From an uncultured bacterium (GTDB lineage Bacteria; Margulisbacteria; Marinamargulisbacteria; SXXA01): a stretch of DNA of 64,000 nt. The DNA lies in contig CAIPHK010000004.1 of the NCBI GenBank assembly GCA_903864835.1, forward strand, positions 64,448 through 128,447, in the 5' to 3' direction. A model generated the notes under the pieces. The model worked only from the letters and a program-made list of their open reading frames with translations. It was not told where the DNA came from and searched no databases. How positions within the stretch are numbered: the first letter of the stretch is position 1; every line of letters starts with the position of its first letter. Of this stretch, positions 19,274-27,664 are shown in pieces. The position numbers and the translations under genes are program-made.

Positions 19274-20692
19274 TTATCCCTCACCGCTAAACATATCCAA
19301 TCGACTCGTATCCACCTTACGCCCATAAAACATATAGATCACGCCCCCAATAGCCATCCACACCACTAACCGGATCCACGTATCTTTGGGGAGGGCTGCC
19401 ATTTGACCGACGGCGGCCAAGATCCCCAAGATTGGGACCAGCGGAACCCACGGGGTTCGAAATGGACGGGGTAGGTCGGGGCGGGTTTTTCGTAGGACCA
19501 GAATCCCGGCGCACACGATTGCAAAGGCAAATAAGGTTCCAATCGAAACTAGCTCGCCCAACAATCCGATAGGGAAAAGGCCCGCGACTAGCATGGATGC
19601 GCCACCGGTGAGGACTGTCGTTAACGACGGCGTTTGAAATTTAGTGTGGACATTGGCCAATCCCTTGGGTAGAAATCCATCCGTGGCCATCGCAAAAAAG
19701 ATGCGGGATTGACCCATCAACATGACTAAAATGACGGAGCTGAGGCCGCAAATGGCCCCAAGTTTGATTAGCGGGCGTAACCATACCAATGATGCGCCCA
19801 TGGCATTGACCCCAACGGCAATCGGATCGGGGACGTTGAGTTGAGTGTAATTTACAACACCGGTTAAAACGTACGCGACCAAGATGTAGAGGATGGTCGA
19901 AATGGCCAATGATCCCAATATCCCAAACGGCAGATCTTTTTGGGGATTTTTACATTCCTGGGCAGCGGTAGAGACCGCGTCAAACCCAATGTACGCAAAA
20001 AAGATGACTGCGGCGGCCCGAAAGACACCACTGACACCAAATATTCCGGTGGTCCCCATATTGGGAGGAATAAATGGGGAAAAATTGGCGGTATCCACGT
20101 GGCTAAGTCCAAATCCAATAAATAGCAAGATGACAGACAATTTGACCACGACGATAATGGTGTTAAACCGAATAGACTCTTTAATTCCGAGGTACAGCAA
20201 CACGGATACCAAAAAAATGATTCCCATCGCTGGCAAATTTAAGAATGCGCCAGTCAAATGCCATCCGCCGGTTGGGTCGTATGACAATGGTGCTTGGGCA
20301 AGGTGAGCAGGGACTATAATTCCAAAGTCTCTTAGAAAACTAACGACATACCCTGACCACCCAACCGCTACGGTCGAGGCCGCAAAAAGATACTCCAATA
20401 TGAGATCCCACCCGATAATCCATGCGGCGGTCTTCCCTAATGTGGCTAACGCATACGTATATGCACTTCCGGCCCGCGGAATCATGGACGCAAATTCGGC
20501 GTAACACAGCCCCGCCAACAGACAAACGACCGCCGCAATCACAAACGACAAGATGATGGCTGGGCCGGCATACTGGGCGGCGGCGGTGCCTGTAAGTACA
20601 AAAATTCCCGCTCCGATAATAGCGCCGATTCCTAAATTGACCAGATTCCAACGACCCAAAACACGTTTTAACTGAGGACTAGTGCTTTCCAT
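19274..20692 (-). CDS. Amino acid permease (APC superfamily).
   Basis: 472 aa with 12 TM helices and an APC-family N-terminal signature region. Confidence 0.85.
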   Translation of the reverse strand: MESTSPQLKRVLGRWNLVNLGIGAIIGAGIFVLTGTAAAQYAGPAIILSFVIAAVVCLLAGLCYAEFASMIPRAGSAYTYALATLGKTAAWIIGWDLILEYLFAASTVAVGWSGYVVSFLRDFGIIVPAHLAQAPLSYDPTGGWHLTGAFLNLPAMGIIFLVSVLLYLGIKESIRFNTIIVVVKLSVILLFIGFGLSHVDTANFSPFIPPNMGTTGIFGVSGVFRAAAVIFFAYIGFDAVSTAAQECKNPQKDLPFGILGSLAISTILYILVAYVLTGVVNYTQLNVPDPIAVGVNAMGASLVWLRPLIKLGAICGLSSVILVMLMGQSRIFFAMATDGFLPKGLANVHTKFQTPSLTTVLTGGASMLVAGLFPIGLLGELVSIGTLFAFAIVCAGILVLRKTRPDLPRPFRTPWVPLVPILGILAAVGQMAALPKDTWIRLVVWMAIGGVIYMFYGRKVDTSRLDMFSGEG

Positions 20693-20714
20693 AGTAACTC
20701 CCTTTTTTAAGTAA

Positions 20715-21956
20715 CTAAATTTTTTGCTGACGAAGCGCCGCTAATTCAAGCCCTGCCGCATAGGCCGCAACCTTGGCGACGACCGAACATACGGATCTCA
20801 GGGGGGGCTGCAGCGACAAGGAATGGGCAGACTTCCACACAAATGGAGTAAACTGCATTCCTTGAGAATTGAGATTGTCTCGGTTTGATTTTGAATTATT
20901 TTGGCGATAAAACCCACCGACAATTTGGGTCCCAACCTGATAGATACAGGGTTCGGATGTCATCCCATCGATACGCAAGGAGGATGGAATGCCTTCTTGG
21001 AGAATAAATCGATGAATGGGTTGGCTCCCTTTACCTTTATGAAGCTTATTTCGTCCTTTGCGATTGAGTTCGACGATTTCCATCGGGTCTTCGATCGGCA
21101 TCACGCCCATGCCATAGGTTCCTGAGTCGGACTTAAGAAATATTAATGGTTTTTCGGAAATATTATGGGTGCGGTAGCGCTCGGCAATCGTTTTGAAAAG
21201 GGACGTGGCAGCGTCCGCCAATCGCGTCCGGTCATGGTCGAGAGTGACGTCCACATTGTCGACCACGGACTGTTCGCAGCGGAATAACCAGGGATCAAAT
21301 TTAAATTCTTCGGCGGCGCGATCAAGTATGGTCCGCGTAAAATTAAAATGGTCGGATTTATGACGCTGATGCCAGCCCGCTTCGGGCGGGGGTTCAATTG
21401 GAATTTGAAGTAAGGTGAGTACGGTAGGAATTCCGGCGGTCAAATCGTTGTTGAGTACGGCGAGGTCAAATGACTCGCTGCCGTCCCGGATATGTTGAAT
21501 AATTCGGTGTAAACAATTGAGGGTCACTTCGGTTCCTGTGGCAGATCGAATGACGAGACGGTCGGAATTGGCGCAATATTCCGGATCGTTGTCTAAAAAA
21601 GTCGCGATGGTGACTTCAAAGTGAGCCGACTCTAGTATCCGATTGAGGACCGCGATGTTTTCGAGGTACCACAGATTCCGTGTATGCTCCTCCGGAACCA
21701 GGAGAATGCGTCGACACCCTGGATGTGTTTTTTTGATGGTGATTGCAAATGCGGCGGCTGTGGCTTCTATATCTGCTGAATGAATATTATTGAACCCCGC
21801 AGAAAAGAGATTGGTGTCTACGGCGGCGGCCTTGTACTCGGATATTCTGACGTCGACCGACGAGTACAGTGGGGCAGGGGATGAGTTCCCGTAGGTCAAA
21901 TCCAACCACTGGTCGATCTGCTCAATGGGGATGTCTAAATAGAGAGATGGTAGCAT
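20715..21956 (-). CDS. Putative glutamate--cysteine ligase-like (carboxylate-amine ligase or ATP-grasp-like) enzyme. The assignment is tentative.
   Basis: 413 aa. A C-terminal segment, FLKSDSGTYGMGVM, resembles the nucleotide-binding region recalled from GshA-type ligases. No other motif could be checked. Confidence 0.4.
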   Translation of the reverse strand: MLPSLYLDIPIEQIDQWLDLTYGNSSPAPLYSSVDVRISEYKAAAVDTNLFSAGFNNIHSADIEATAAAFAITIKKTHPGCRRILLVPEEHTRNLWYLENIAVLNRILESAHFEVTIATFLDNDPEYCANSDRLVIRSATGTEVTLNCLHRIIQHIRDGSESFDLAVLNNDLTAGIPTVLTLLQIPIEPPPEAGWHQRHKSDHFNFTRTILDRAAEEFKFDPWLFRCEQSVVDNVDVTLDHDRTRLADAATSLFKTIAERYRTHNISEKPLIFLKSDSGTYGMGVMPIEDPMEIVELNRKGRNKLHKGKGSQPIHRFILQEGIPSSLRIDGMTSEPCIYQVGTQIVGGFYRQNNSKSNRDNLNSQGMQFTPFVWKSAHSLSLQPPLRSVCSVVAKVAAYAAGLELAALRQQKI

Positions 21957-21983
21957 CGGCGGCTACTTTACTATAATGGGGGG

Positions 21984-22718
21984 ATGGTAAGAAAGCTTCT
22001 CATTGGACTATTGCTAATTCTATCGATCCAACTGAACGCGTCGATCAAGGAAATTCAATACGATTATCAAGGCAATTTTAGGGCCAAGTTATGGGTGCCC
22101 GACGGTGCAAGTGCGTCTCGGAAGCTCCCGGTGATAGTGTATTCCTACGACGAATTTATAGACCGCGTGGGTGAAAATTTTGCGGCTCACAAAGGGTACG
22201 ATTTAAATCGCCATGTATTGGAATTTGCGAGATGGAACGTGGTGGTCATTGTTCCAATGGAGCATTATCGGAAGCTTAGCGCGATCAACGGCGCGGTCGA
22301 GTACGCCCGAAAACTTCCGATGGTGGATGCCCGTCGGATTCATGTGGTGGGCGTTTCAGAAGGGGGCGTGATGGGGTTGGTTGCGGCCCAAGGCCATCGT
22401 ATTCGATCGGTGAGTGTGATTACTCCGCTTGAAATTAACGACAAAGGGGCGTTTTCGTATGGCCACTTGGTTGGCCATCGTTCCCCCAAAAAAATCCCTG
22501 TCTTTGTATTATCCTCCGCAGAGGATAAACATTGGGAACTGGTCGATAATAAGCGGTTGGCATGGTTTTTTAGGGGCAATCCCAAATTTGAACGGCGGAT
22601 CTATCCCCATCAACGAGAATGGTTTTGGAGCGAAAAAAACTCGTTTATGTGGGATATTCGTGACTTTATAAATCGAAATGGAGGTATCGACACCGATGCG
22701 AGCCCACACCCACAGTAA
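21984..22718 (+). CDS. Secreted alpha/beta hydrolase (dienelactone hydrolase or peptidase S9-like).
   Basis: Signal peptide, then a nucleophile elbow GVSEGG (GxSxG) and Asp/His regions downstream. Confidence 0.6.
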   Translation: MVRKLLIGLLLILSIQLNASIKEIQYDYQGNFRAKLWVPDGASASRKLPVIVYSYDEFIDRVGENFAAHKGYDLNRHVLEFARWNVVVIVPMEHYRKLSAINGAVEYARKLPMVDARRIHVVGVSEGGVMGLVAAQGHRIRSVSVITPLEINDKGAFSYGHLVGHRSPKKIPVFVLSSAEDKHWELVDNKRLAWFFRGNPKFERRIYPHQREWFWSEKNSFMWDIRDFINRNGGIDTDASPHPQ

Positions 22719-23295
22719 TCCCTTAAGCTTTTTTCACCGTATGGAACCCATGGACCTGAATTCCATTTTTCCTCACTTTTCTGGGACGATCGATTTAGAG
22801 GTCGGAACCGGGATGGGGCTTTTTCTTCGTCAGTATGGGGCATCGTTTCCGGACCGTTTTATCATTGGCGTTGAGGTTCGCAAAAAAGTGGCGGATATCG
22901 TCGCGGAGCGGATTCAGGCGGATCAACTGACCAACGTTCACATGGTGTACGGGTCGGCGGAGCGACTGATTGAGGATGCGTTACCCGACGGAATTATTGA
23001 CCGGGTATTTGTGTTTCATCCGGATCCTTGGTTTAAAACACGACATCACAATCGACGGGTGGTCCGACCCTCGTTTTTGAAAATTTTGGAACCCAAATTG
23101 ACGCCAGGGGCACGGATCTATTTGTCGACGGATGTCACTGTTTTGTGGAATGCGATGGTGCCGACGCTCACCGAGGCGGGCTGGGTTCCAATCGATGACT
23201 CAGAGTTTTGGACGACCCATTACCAAACCCATTGGAAACAGTTTACTCAATCCGAATCGCGGAGTCAGCATTTTGGGACATTTCAGCGAAAATAA
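22678..23295 (+). CDS. trmB: tRNA (guanine46-N7)-methyltransferase.
   Basis: SAM-binding motif LEVGTGMG and the conserved FPDPW motif (here FHPDPWFK). The true start is probably the internal Met (MEPMDL...) downstream of the overlap with the preceding gene. Confidence 0.85.
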   Translation: MEVSTPMRAHTHSNPLSFFHRMEPMDLNSIFPHFSGTIDLEVGTGMGLFLRQYGASFPDRFIIGVEVRKKVADIVAERIQADQLTNVHMVYGSAERLIEDALPDGIIDRVFVFHPDPWFKTRHHNRRVVRPSFLKILEPKLTPGARIYLSTDVTVLWNAMVPTLTEAGWVPIDDSEFWTTHYQTHWKQFTQSESRSQHFGTFQRK

Positions 23296-23464
23296 TGTTT
23301 AAAATAGGGTCATAATGGGTACAACTATGCCTCGGGGGGGACCCATCTTCTTTTTCCACTTTTTTTCCACTTCAAGTTCCTTTTTTCTTCAATTCTAATT
23401 TCAAGCATGTACCTCGGCCCCCCCCCGACAATTTAATTGTTACCCCCAGAAAGTCCTTCACTGC

Positions 23465-23680
23465 GTTCAGTGTACTTTCCGAGGGACCCCCGTATTTTTA
23501 GCCCTCGCGGACTACCCTTCTGTAATAGTCTGGCCTTTCGGCCAGTTTTTTTGTTTTTGTGGGTTCCTGTTTTTCTCCCTCTATGCGGATTTGCGTAGAG
23601 GGTGAGTGGTTGCGGTTTTCTGTGGTACTTCCCGGGGGACCCCACTGTTTTATTGCAGACTTTTACGGTGCCGAAGGACT
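23465..23680. repeat. Composite intergenic repeat block. Family C (cgttcagtgtacttt..gggaccccc) occurs at 23465..23500 and as an inverted partner at 23612..23680. The block flanks a terminator hairpin (ctggcctttcggccag followed by a T-run) and a ccctctatgcg...cgtagaggg hairpin. A related block in the opposite orientation lies at 11790..11940.
   Basis: cgttcagtgtacttt at 23471..23485 is the reverse complement of aaagtacactgaacg at 11913..11927. Both loci also carry ccctct(c)tacgc...gcgtagaggg-type hairpins and ggggtcccc/gggaccccc motifs. Confidence 0.65.
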
Positions 23681-23698
23681 TCTAATTTATCGCTATAT

Positions 23699-23796
23699 CT
23701 GCCGTCTAACGGACCCAGGATAAAATATCCGACGGCCCTTCTCTGTTGACGCAGTCAATGGAGAGGGGTGGCCGTAGGCCGGGGTGAGGTGGGGGA
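23699..23796 (+). repeat. Repeat family A, copy 1 (about 100 bp: ...ggataaaatatccgacNgcccttctctgTTGACGyAGTCAAtggagaggggtgGccgtaggccggggtgaggtgggg).
   Basis: Near-identical to 26673..26770. The core is an imperfect palindrome and the GC-rich tail is cggggtgaggtgggg. Confidence 0.8.
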
Positions 23797-25005
23797 CAAC
23801 AAATTTAACCGATTAAGTCTATTTGGTATATTCGGGGTCTTCGTTTCTACCTTTAGTCGTTCAATCGTGTCCCGTATCAAATACCCAGGTTCAACCCAAA
23901 TTCCTTTAGTTACCGTTGATGCGCCGTTGGGCTTGTCCGGTCGGAGGACGTTAATTGAAATCATGCTGTAGCTTAAAATGGTGATTGCTGCGGCCAAGGC
24001 GATCTTTTTTTGGGTACCCAGAATGTGGGCGAGCCAATATATGGCAAACGGAAAACAGGGGAGCAGGTACTCGTTTTCGAATGGATATTGGGCAAATAAT
24101 CCGTGGAAAATAACGATCATTCCAATTCCTACCCATAAGGTGGCCCGGATCTGTGGGGTCTTGATTTCTGTGCGGGTCTTCCACGAAATAACGAGTAGAC
24201 TTGCTAGAATGATGAGCTGGGGAAGTCCCCAGAAATAGATCGATTTGTACACAAATCTGCCAATATAAGAGGCCAGACTCCAATCGCCTTCCCACGTGGA
24301 ATTGACGCCTAGAAATCCAAATCCCATGTCGAGGAATCGAATCAGATAAAATAGTCCGCCCAGGGCCCATCCCGCGGTCAAAATCACGAGTCTCTGGCGC
24401 CAACCGGCGAGCCGTTGGACCAACTCCACGGTGATGAGAACAGGGAATATGATAAAGGATGCCAATCGGATGCCAACGGCAAACCCCATCGCTGCGATCG
24501 AGATCTCCCATCGTTTCCGACGAAAGGCCCAAAATCCAAGAATTAGGCTGGATACTGCCCAGTTGTAGTCAATCAAACTTGCGGCATTGACCCATATGAT
24601 CGGATGCAAGGCATAGACCGTCGCCCAGAGTCGGGGGCGGGGGATATGGTCTTCTTTTAGAATTTTATATAAAAATATCGCGCCCATTACCGTCATCAGG
24701 GCGGTGAATATGTTGACTAGGGTGATTCCCCCAATGCTCCCGATTCCGAGCGAAATGGTATCGTGGACCCAATATCCGGGGTTAAGACGCCATCCAAAAT
24801 AGTGGCCGGTAGAGAGCCATTGGCGGACAGTACGAATCACCAATAAACTGTCAGAATCAGATCCTGGCCCCATAAAACAGAGGGGGAGATAGGCTAAGAA
24901 AAGCCCGATTGCCCAAATAACGGTGCGCTTATTTTCTGCGATACCGTGAACGACGCGACGCACCGGAATTGGCCCTTTCTGGATTACGGATCCCATCAAT
25001 TTCAT
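23755..25005 (-). CDS. Polytopic integral membrane protein, possibly a GT-C-fold glycosyltransferase-like protein (tentative).
   Basis: More than 10 predicted TM helices. The ORF's first 13 codons lie inside repeat family A and are likely artefactual. The true start is probably near MKLMGS at about 25005. Confidence 0.4.
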   Translation of the reverse strand: MKLMGSVIQKGPIPVRRVVHGIAENKRTVIWAIGLFLAYLPLCFMGPGSDSDSLLVIRTVRQWLSTGHYFGWRLNPGYWVHDTISLGIGSIGGITLVNIFTALMTVMGAIFLYKILKEDHIPRPRLWATVYALHPIIWVNAASLIDYNWAVSSLILGFWAFRRKRWEISIAAMGFAVGIRLASFIIFPVLITVELVQRLAGWRQRLVILTAGWALGGLFYLIRFLDMGFGFLGVNSTWEGDWSLASYIGRFVYKSIYFWGLPQLIILASLLVISWKTRTEIKTPQIRATLWVGIGMIVIFHGLFAQYPFENEYLLPCFPFAIYWLAHILGTQKKIALAAAITILSYSMISINVLRPDKPNGASTVTKGIWVEPGYLIRDTIERLKVETKTPNIPNRLNRLNLLSPTSPRPTATPLH

Positions 25006-25672
25006 ACTGGGCCAAATTGCGGTAGTGACCGGGTTCAAGGTGGCTCAATGGAATTTGTCCATATCTCACCCGGATAAGACGGATGACGGCAAGGCCCAAT
25101 TTGGTGATCATTCGACGGATTTGGCGGTTTTTACCTTCGTTCATCCGAATGATAAATCGGTTGGATTCTAGAATTTCAATGGCACTTCGTTTGGTCTTTT
25201 TTCCAAAAATCGTGACGCCTTCTTCGATTCGTTCCGCCATTCCCCCAGTGAATTCCCCCGACACGGTCACGACATACTCTCGCTCGTGTTGGGCGGCCAA
25301 CGCATGTTTGGCGAATACGCCGTCGTCAGTGAGTAAAATTAATCCTTCGGAATCTTTGTCCAATCGGCCAATGGTATGGAGCTTGGAGTATTCTTTAGGG
25401 AGCAAGTTTCGGATCTCTCGTTCCCCTTTGGCCGGTAGGTTGCTCACGATGCCGACGGGTTTGTGAAATGCAATATATTTATAGGAGGGGGTCGCTTTTT
25501 CAGGTGTTTCAATCGATAACTGGTCCCGGTCGGGATCAATCATGGTGCCCAATTCGGTGACGACTTTACCGTTAATTCGGATCCGGCCGGCAACCAGCCA
25601 GCGCTCCGCCTCGCGACGGGAACATAGGTCAAGTTCGGATAAGTATTTTTGAATTCGGATTGGAGATGCCAT
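24929..25672 (-). CDS. rluB: Pseudouridine synthase, RsuA/RluB family.
   Basis: N-terminal S4 RNA-binding domain (IQKYLSELDLCSRREAERWL), the catalytic-Asp motif HTIGRLDKDSEGLILLT, and an Arg/Ser-rich C-terminal tail. Confidence 0.85.
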   Translation of the reverse strand: MASPIRIQKYLSELDLCSRREAERWLVAGRIRINGKVVTELGTMIDPDRDQLSIETPEKATPSYKYIAFHKPVGIVSNLPAKGEREIRNLLPKEYSKLHTIGRLDKDSEGLILLTDDGVFAKHALAAQHEREYVVTVSGEFTGGMAERIEEGVTIFGKKTKRSAIEILESNRFIIRMNEGKNRQIRRMITKLGLAVIRLIRVRYGQIPLSHLEPGHYRNLAQYEIDGIRNPERANSGASRRSRYRRK

Positions 25673-25709
25673 TATACTAGGCGTCTATATTACCTTCCGG
25701 AGCATTCCC

Positions 25710-25964
25710 ATGGCAAAGCTAAAACTGGATCTTCACGATATCTTTAATAAAGGTGGGAAAATTGAGACGGAATTGAACCGGATAATTCAACAAGCTGTCG
25801 AAAAACGAATCGAATTGGTTGAAATTATCCCCGGGAAAGGATCCGGCCAACTTAAAAAGTCCGTACTGCGATTTTTGGCCCGGCCTGAAATTAAGTCGCT
25901 ATATCACCGCGTCGAAAAAGATGATAAAAATTTTGGACGAATCTTTGTACATTTTAGGTTTTAA
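25710..25964 (+). CDS. Smr-domain protein (small MutS-related).
   Basis: 84 aa whose N-terminal LDLHD motif resembles the Smr LDLHG signature, with a following Gly-rich loop. Confidence 0.6.
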   Translation: MAKLKLDLHDIFNKGGKIETELNRIIQQAVEKRIELVEIIPGKGSGQLKKSVLRFLARPEIKSLYHRVEKDDKNFGRIFVHFRF

Positions 25965-26010
25965 TTAGATTGGTCGTTTTACACAATTCCCATTATCAAG
26001 GAGACATCAG

Positions 26011-26400
26011 ATGAGCAGCAAAATTAACTCCATATTTACCGACAAAGCACCCAATCCCGTCGGCCCCTACAGTCAGGCGATTCGAGTTGAAAATTTTGTT
26101 TTTATTTCCGGTATGATTGCGCTTATTCCGGGTACTAATGACCTTGATGTATCGTCATTCGAAGCGGAAACCACCCGCGTTTTGGATAACCTTTCTGCAG
26201 CCATCATTGCGGCCGGGTCGTCGATGGAACACGTTGCGAAGGTGACGATTTATTTGAGAAATATGGACGATTTCCCACGGTTAAATGCGATCTATGCCAC
26301 TTATTTTAAAGAACCGTATCCGGCTCGGGTGACCGTCGAGGTGTCCCGGTTGCCTAAAGATGTGTCCGTTGAAATCGAGGCGATTGCGGTTGTGGTGTAA
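26011..26400 (+). CDS. ridA: RidA/YjgF family reactive-intermediate deaminase.
   Basis: 129 aa with a YjgF/chorismate-mutase-like fold signature (PxGPYSQA...RVTVEV). Confidence 0.9.
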   Translation: MSSKINSIFTDKAPNPVGPYSQAIRVENFVFISGMIALIPGTNDLDVSSFEAETTRVLDNLSAAIIAAGSSMEHVAKVTIYLRNMDDFPRLNAIYATYFKEPYPARVTVEVSRLPKDVSVEIEAIAVVV

Positions 26401-26445
26401 CTCACCGCTCCCAAACCTTCCCCTTTGTAAGCAGTAGCGTCCGGT

Positions 26446-26527
26446 CTTTCTGAGAATGGCCGGGCCTGCGGCCACCCCTCTCCATTGACTGCGTCAACAG
26501 AGAAGGGCTGTAGGTAATATTTTATTT
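26446..26527 (-). repeat. Repeat family A, copy 2 (reverse orientation). It forms an inverted pair with copy 3.
   Basis: ccacccctctccattgactgcgtcaacagagaagggctg is the exact reverse complement of the family-A core. Confidence 0.8.
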
Positions 26528-26672
26528 GGTTTGAAGTTTGGTGCAGCGCTGTCTAAACTTCTTGTCATAATAGCAATGGGACTTGCCCGTTTAATGTGTC
26601 CAACGACTTCTATTTATCGAATTGGATGGCGAATTTCATAGTGCAAAAAATAATATCAAAACTATCGTTATC

Positions 26673-26770
26673 TCTGGCGTCTAACTGATCCAGGATAAAA
26701 ATATCCGACAGCCCTTCTCTGTTGACGTAGTCAATGGAGAGGGGTGGCCGTAGGCCGGGGTGAGGTGGGG
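26673..26770 (+). repeat. Repeat family A, copy 3.
   Basis: It matches copy 1 at about 90% over 98 bp. Confidence 0.8.
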
Positions 26771-26810
26771 CAAGACGAGTCTTTTTTTAGCTCGTTTTCT
26801 TGCGCACTGG

Positions 26811-27602
26811 TTATGAGAACGGCCGGGGGGAGAGGGTGAGTTTTTCCAACGCACCATCCCATAACGCAAGGCGTGACCTCAACGCATCTTGGACCGCGGA
26901 GGTGGCCGATGCCCATTTTTCGGGATCGATCCCACATAATTGGGTCACCATCCGCATTGCCAGTGGCCCGTGTTCGTCTTGGTCGAGGTCGATATGGCGC
27001 TGGAGATAATATTGGAAACCGGCCAGTTCGGAGGGGAATTGGGTCCCCAGATTTCGGACGATTTCAGTAAACATGTCGGGAATTAGATTTTCTCGTCCAA
27101 ACGCAAATACTGCCGCTTGGTCGTGGAGGGGATGGTCAGTCACGATGCGCCAGGTATCGAGTATAAAACCAGCGGCGGCCGGCGTGCTGATTTGCAACGG
27201 GGCAATCGCGTCGGGTAATGAGTGGCCCTCGTGGATATTTTGAACCAATTCCGTCATGGCGTGAGTGGGGGCACCGGCGAGGGTCATTGCGTTTAAGTAC
27301 AATTCGAAATGGCTGATGGCGGTGCCGTTGGGGTCGATGTCGGATTCTTCCGCCAACACAATTTCATTGATCATGCGTCGGGAGGTGGGGTCGGATGACG
27401 GAATCCACGGAATATCGATACAGGTGAGTTGATGTTGAAGCGATTTTAATAGGGTCATAAAGTCCCAAACGGCGGCAACGTGATGGGCCATAAAACATTG
27501 CATGGCGGGGAGGCTGTGGAGTGACAGGAAGAGGGGATGTTGAATAATTTTTTCCCGAAGTGGGGAAATGTCAGCCTGGAGTTGGTCGAGTGGGGTGGTC
27601 AT
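26811..27602 (-). CDS. Hypothetical protein, tentatively DUF3050 / haem-oxygenase-like fold.
   Basis: The 263-aa ORF has good coding statistics. The family assignment comes from memory of sequence flavour only. Confidence 0.45.
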   Translation of the reverse strand: MTTPLDQLQADISPLREKIIQHPLFLSLHSLPAMQCFMAHHVAAVWDFMTLLKSLQHQLTCIDIPWIPSSDPTSRRMINEIVLAEESDIDPNGTAISHFELYLNAMTLAGAPTHAMTELVQNIHEGHSLPDAIAPLQISTPAAAGFILDTWRIVTDHPLHDQAAVFAFGRENLIPDMFTEIVRNLGTQFPSELAGFQYYLQRHIDLDQDEHGPLAMRMVTQLCGIDPEKWASATSAVQDALRSRLALWDGALEKLTLSPRPFS

Positions 27603-27664
27603 AGATGCTCCTCTATTTTGGTAGAGGACATTATACCTAAATCACGGCATTTTGAACCTAGTTG

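Noticed and set aside
23755-23800. The shared N-terminal peptide ...SPTSPRPTATPLH on ORFs 23755..25038 and 26731..26937 as a conserved protein motif.
   Set aside because: It is encoded by repeat family A read in the same frame in both places, so it is an ORF-calling artefact rather than a protein domain.
26520-26672. A small gene or ncRNA in the 150 bp enclosed by the inverted family-A pair.
   Set aside because: Only 8- to 21-codon ORFs without an RBS are present, and no recognisable RNA family structure (tmRNA, 6S, RNase P, SRP) was seen. It is left as a possible cargo of the element rather than called.
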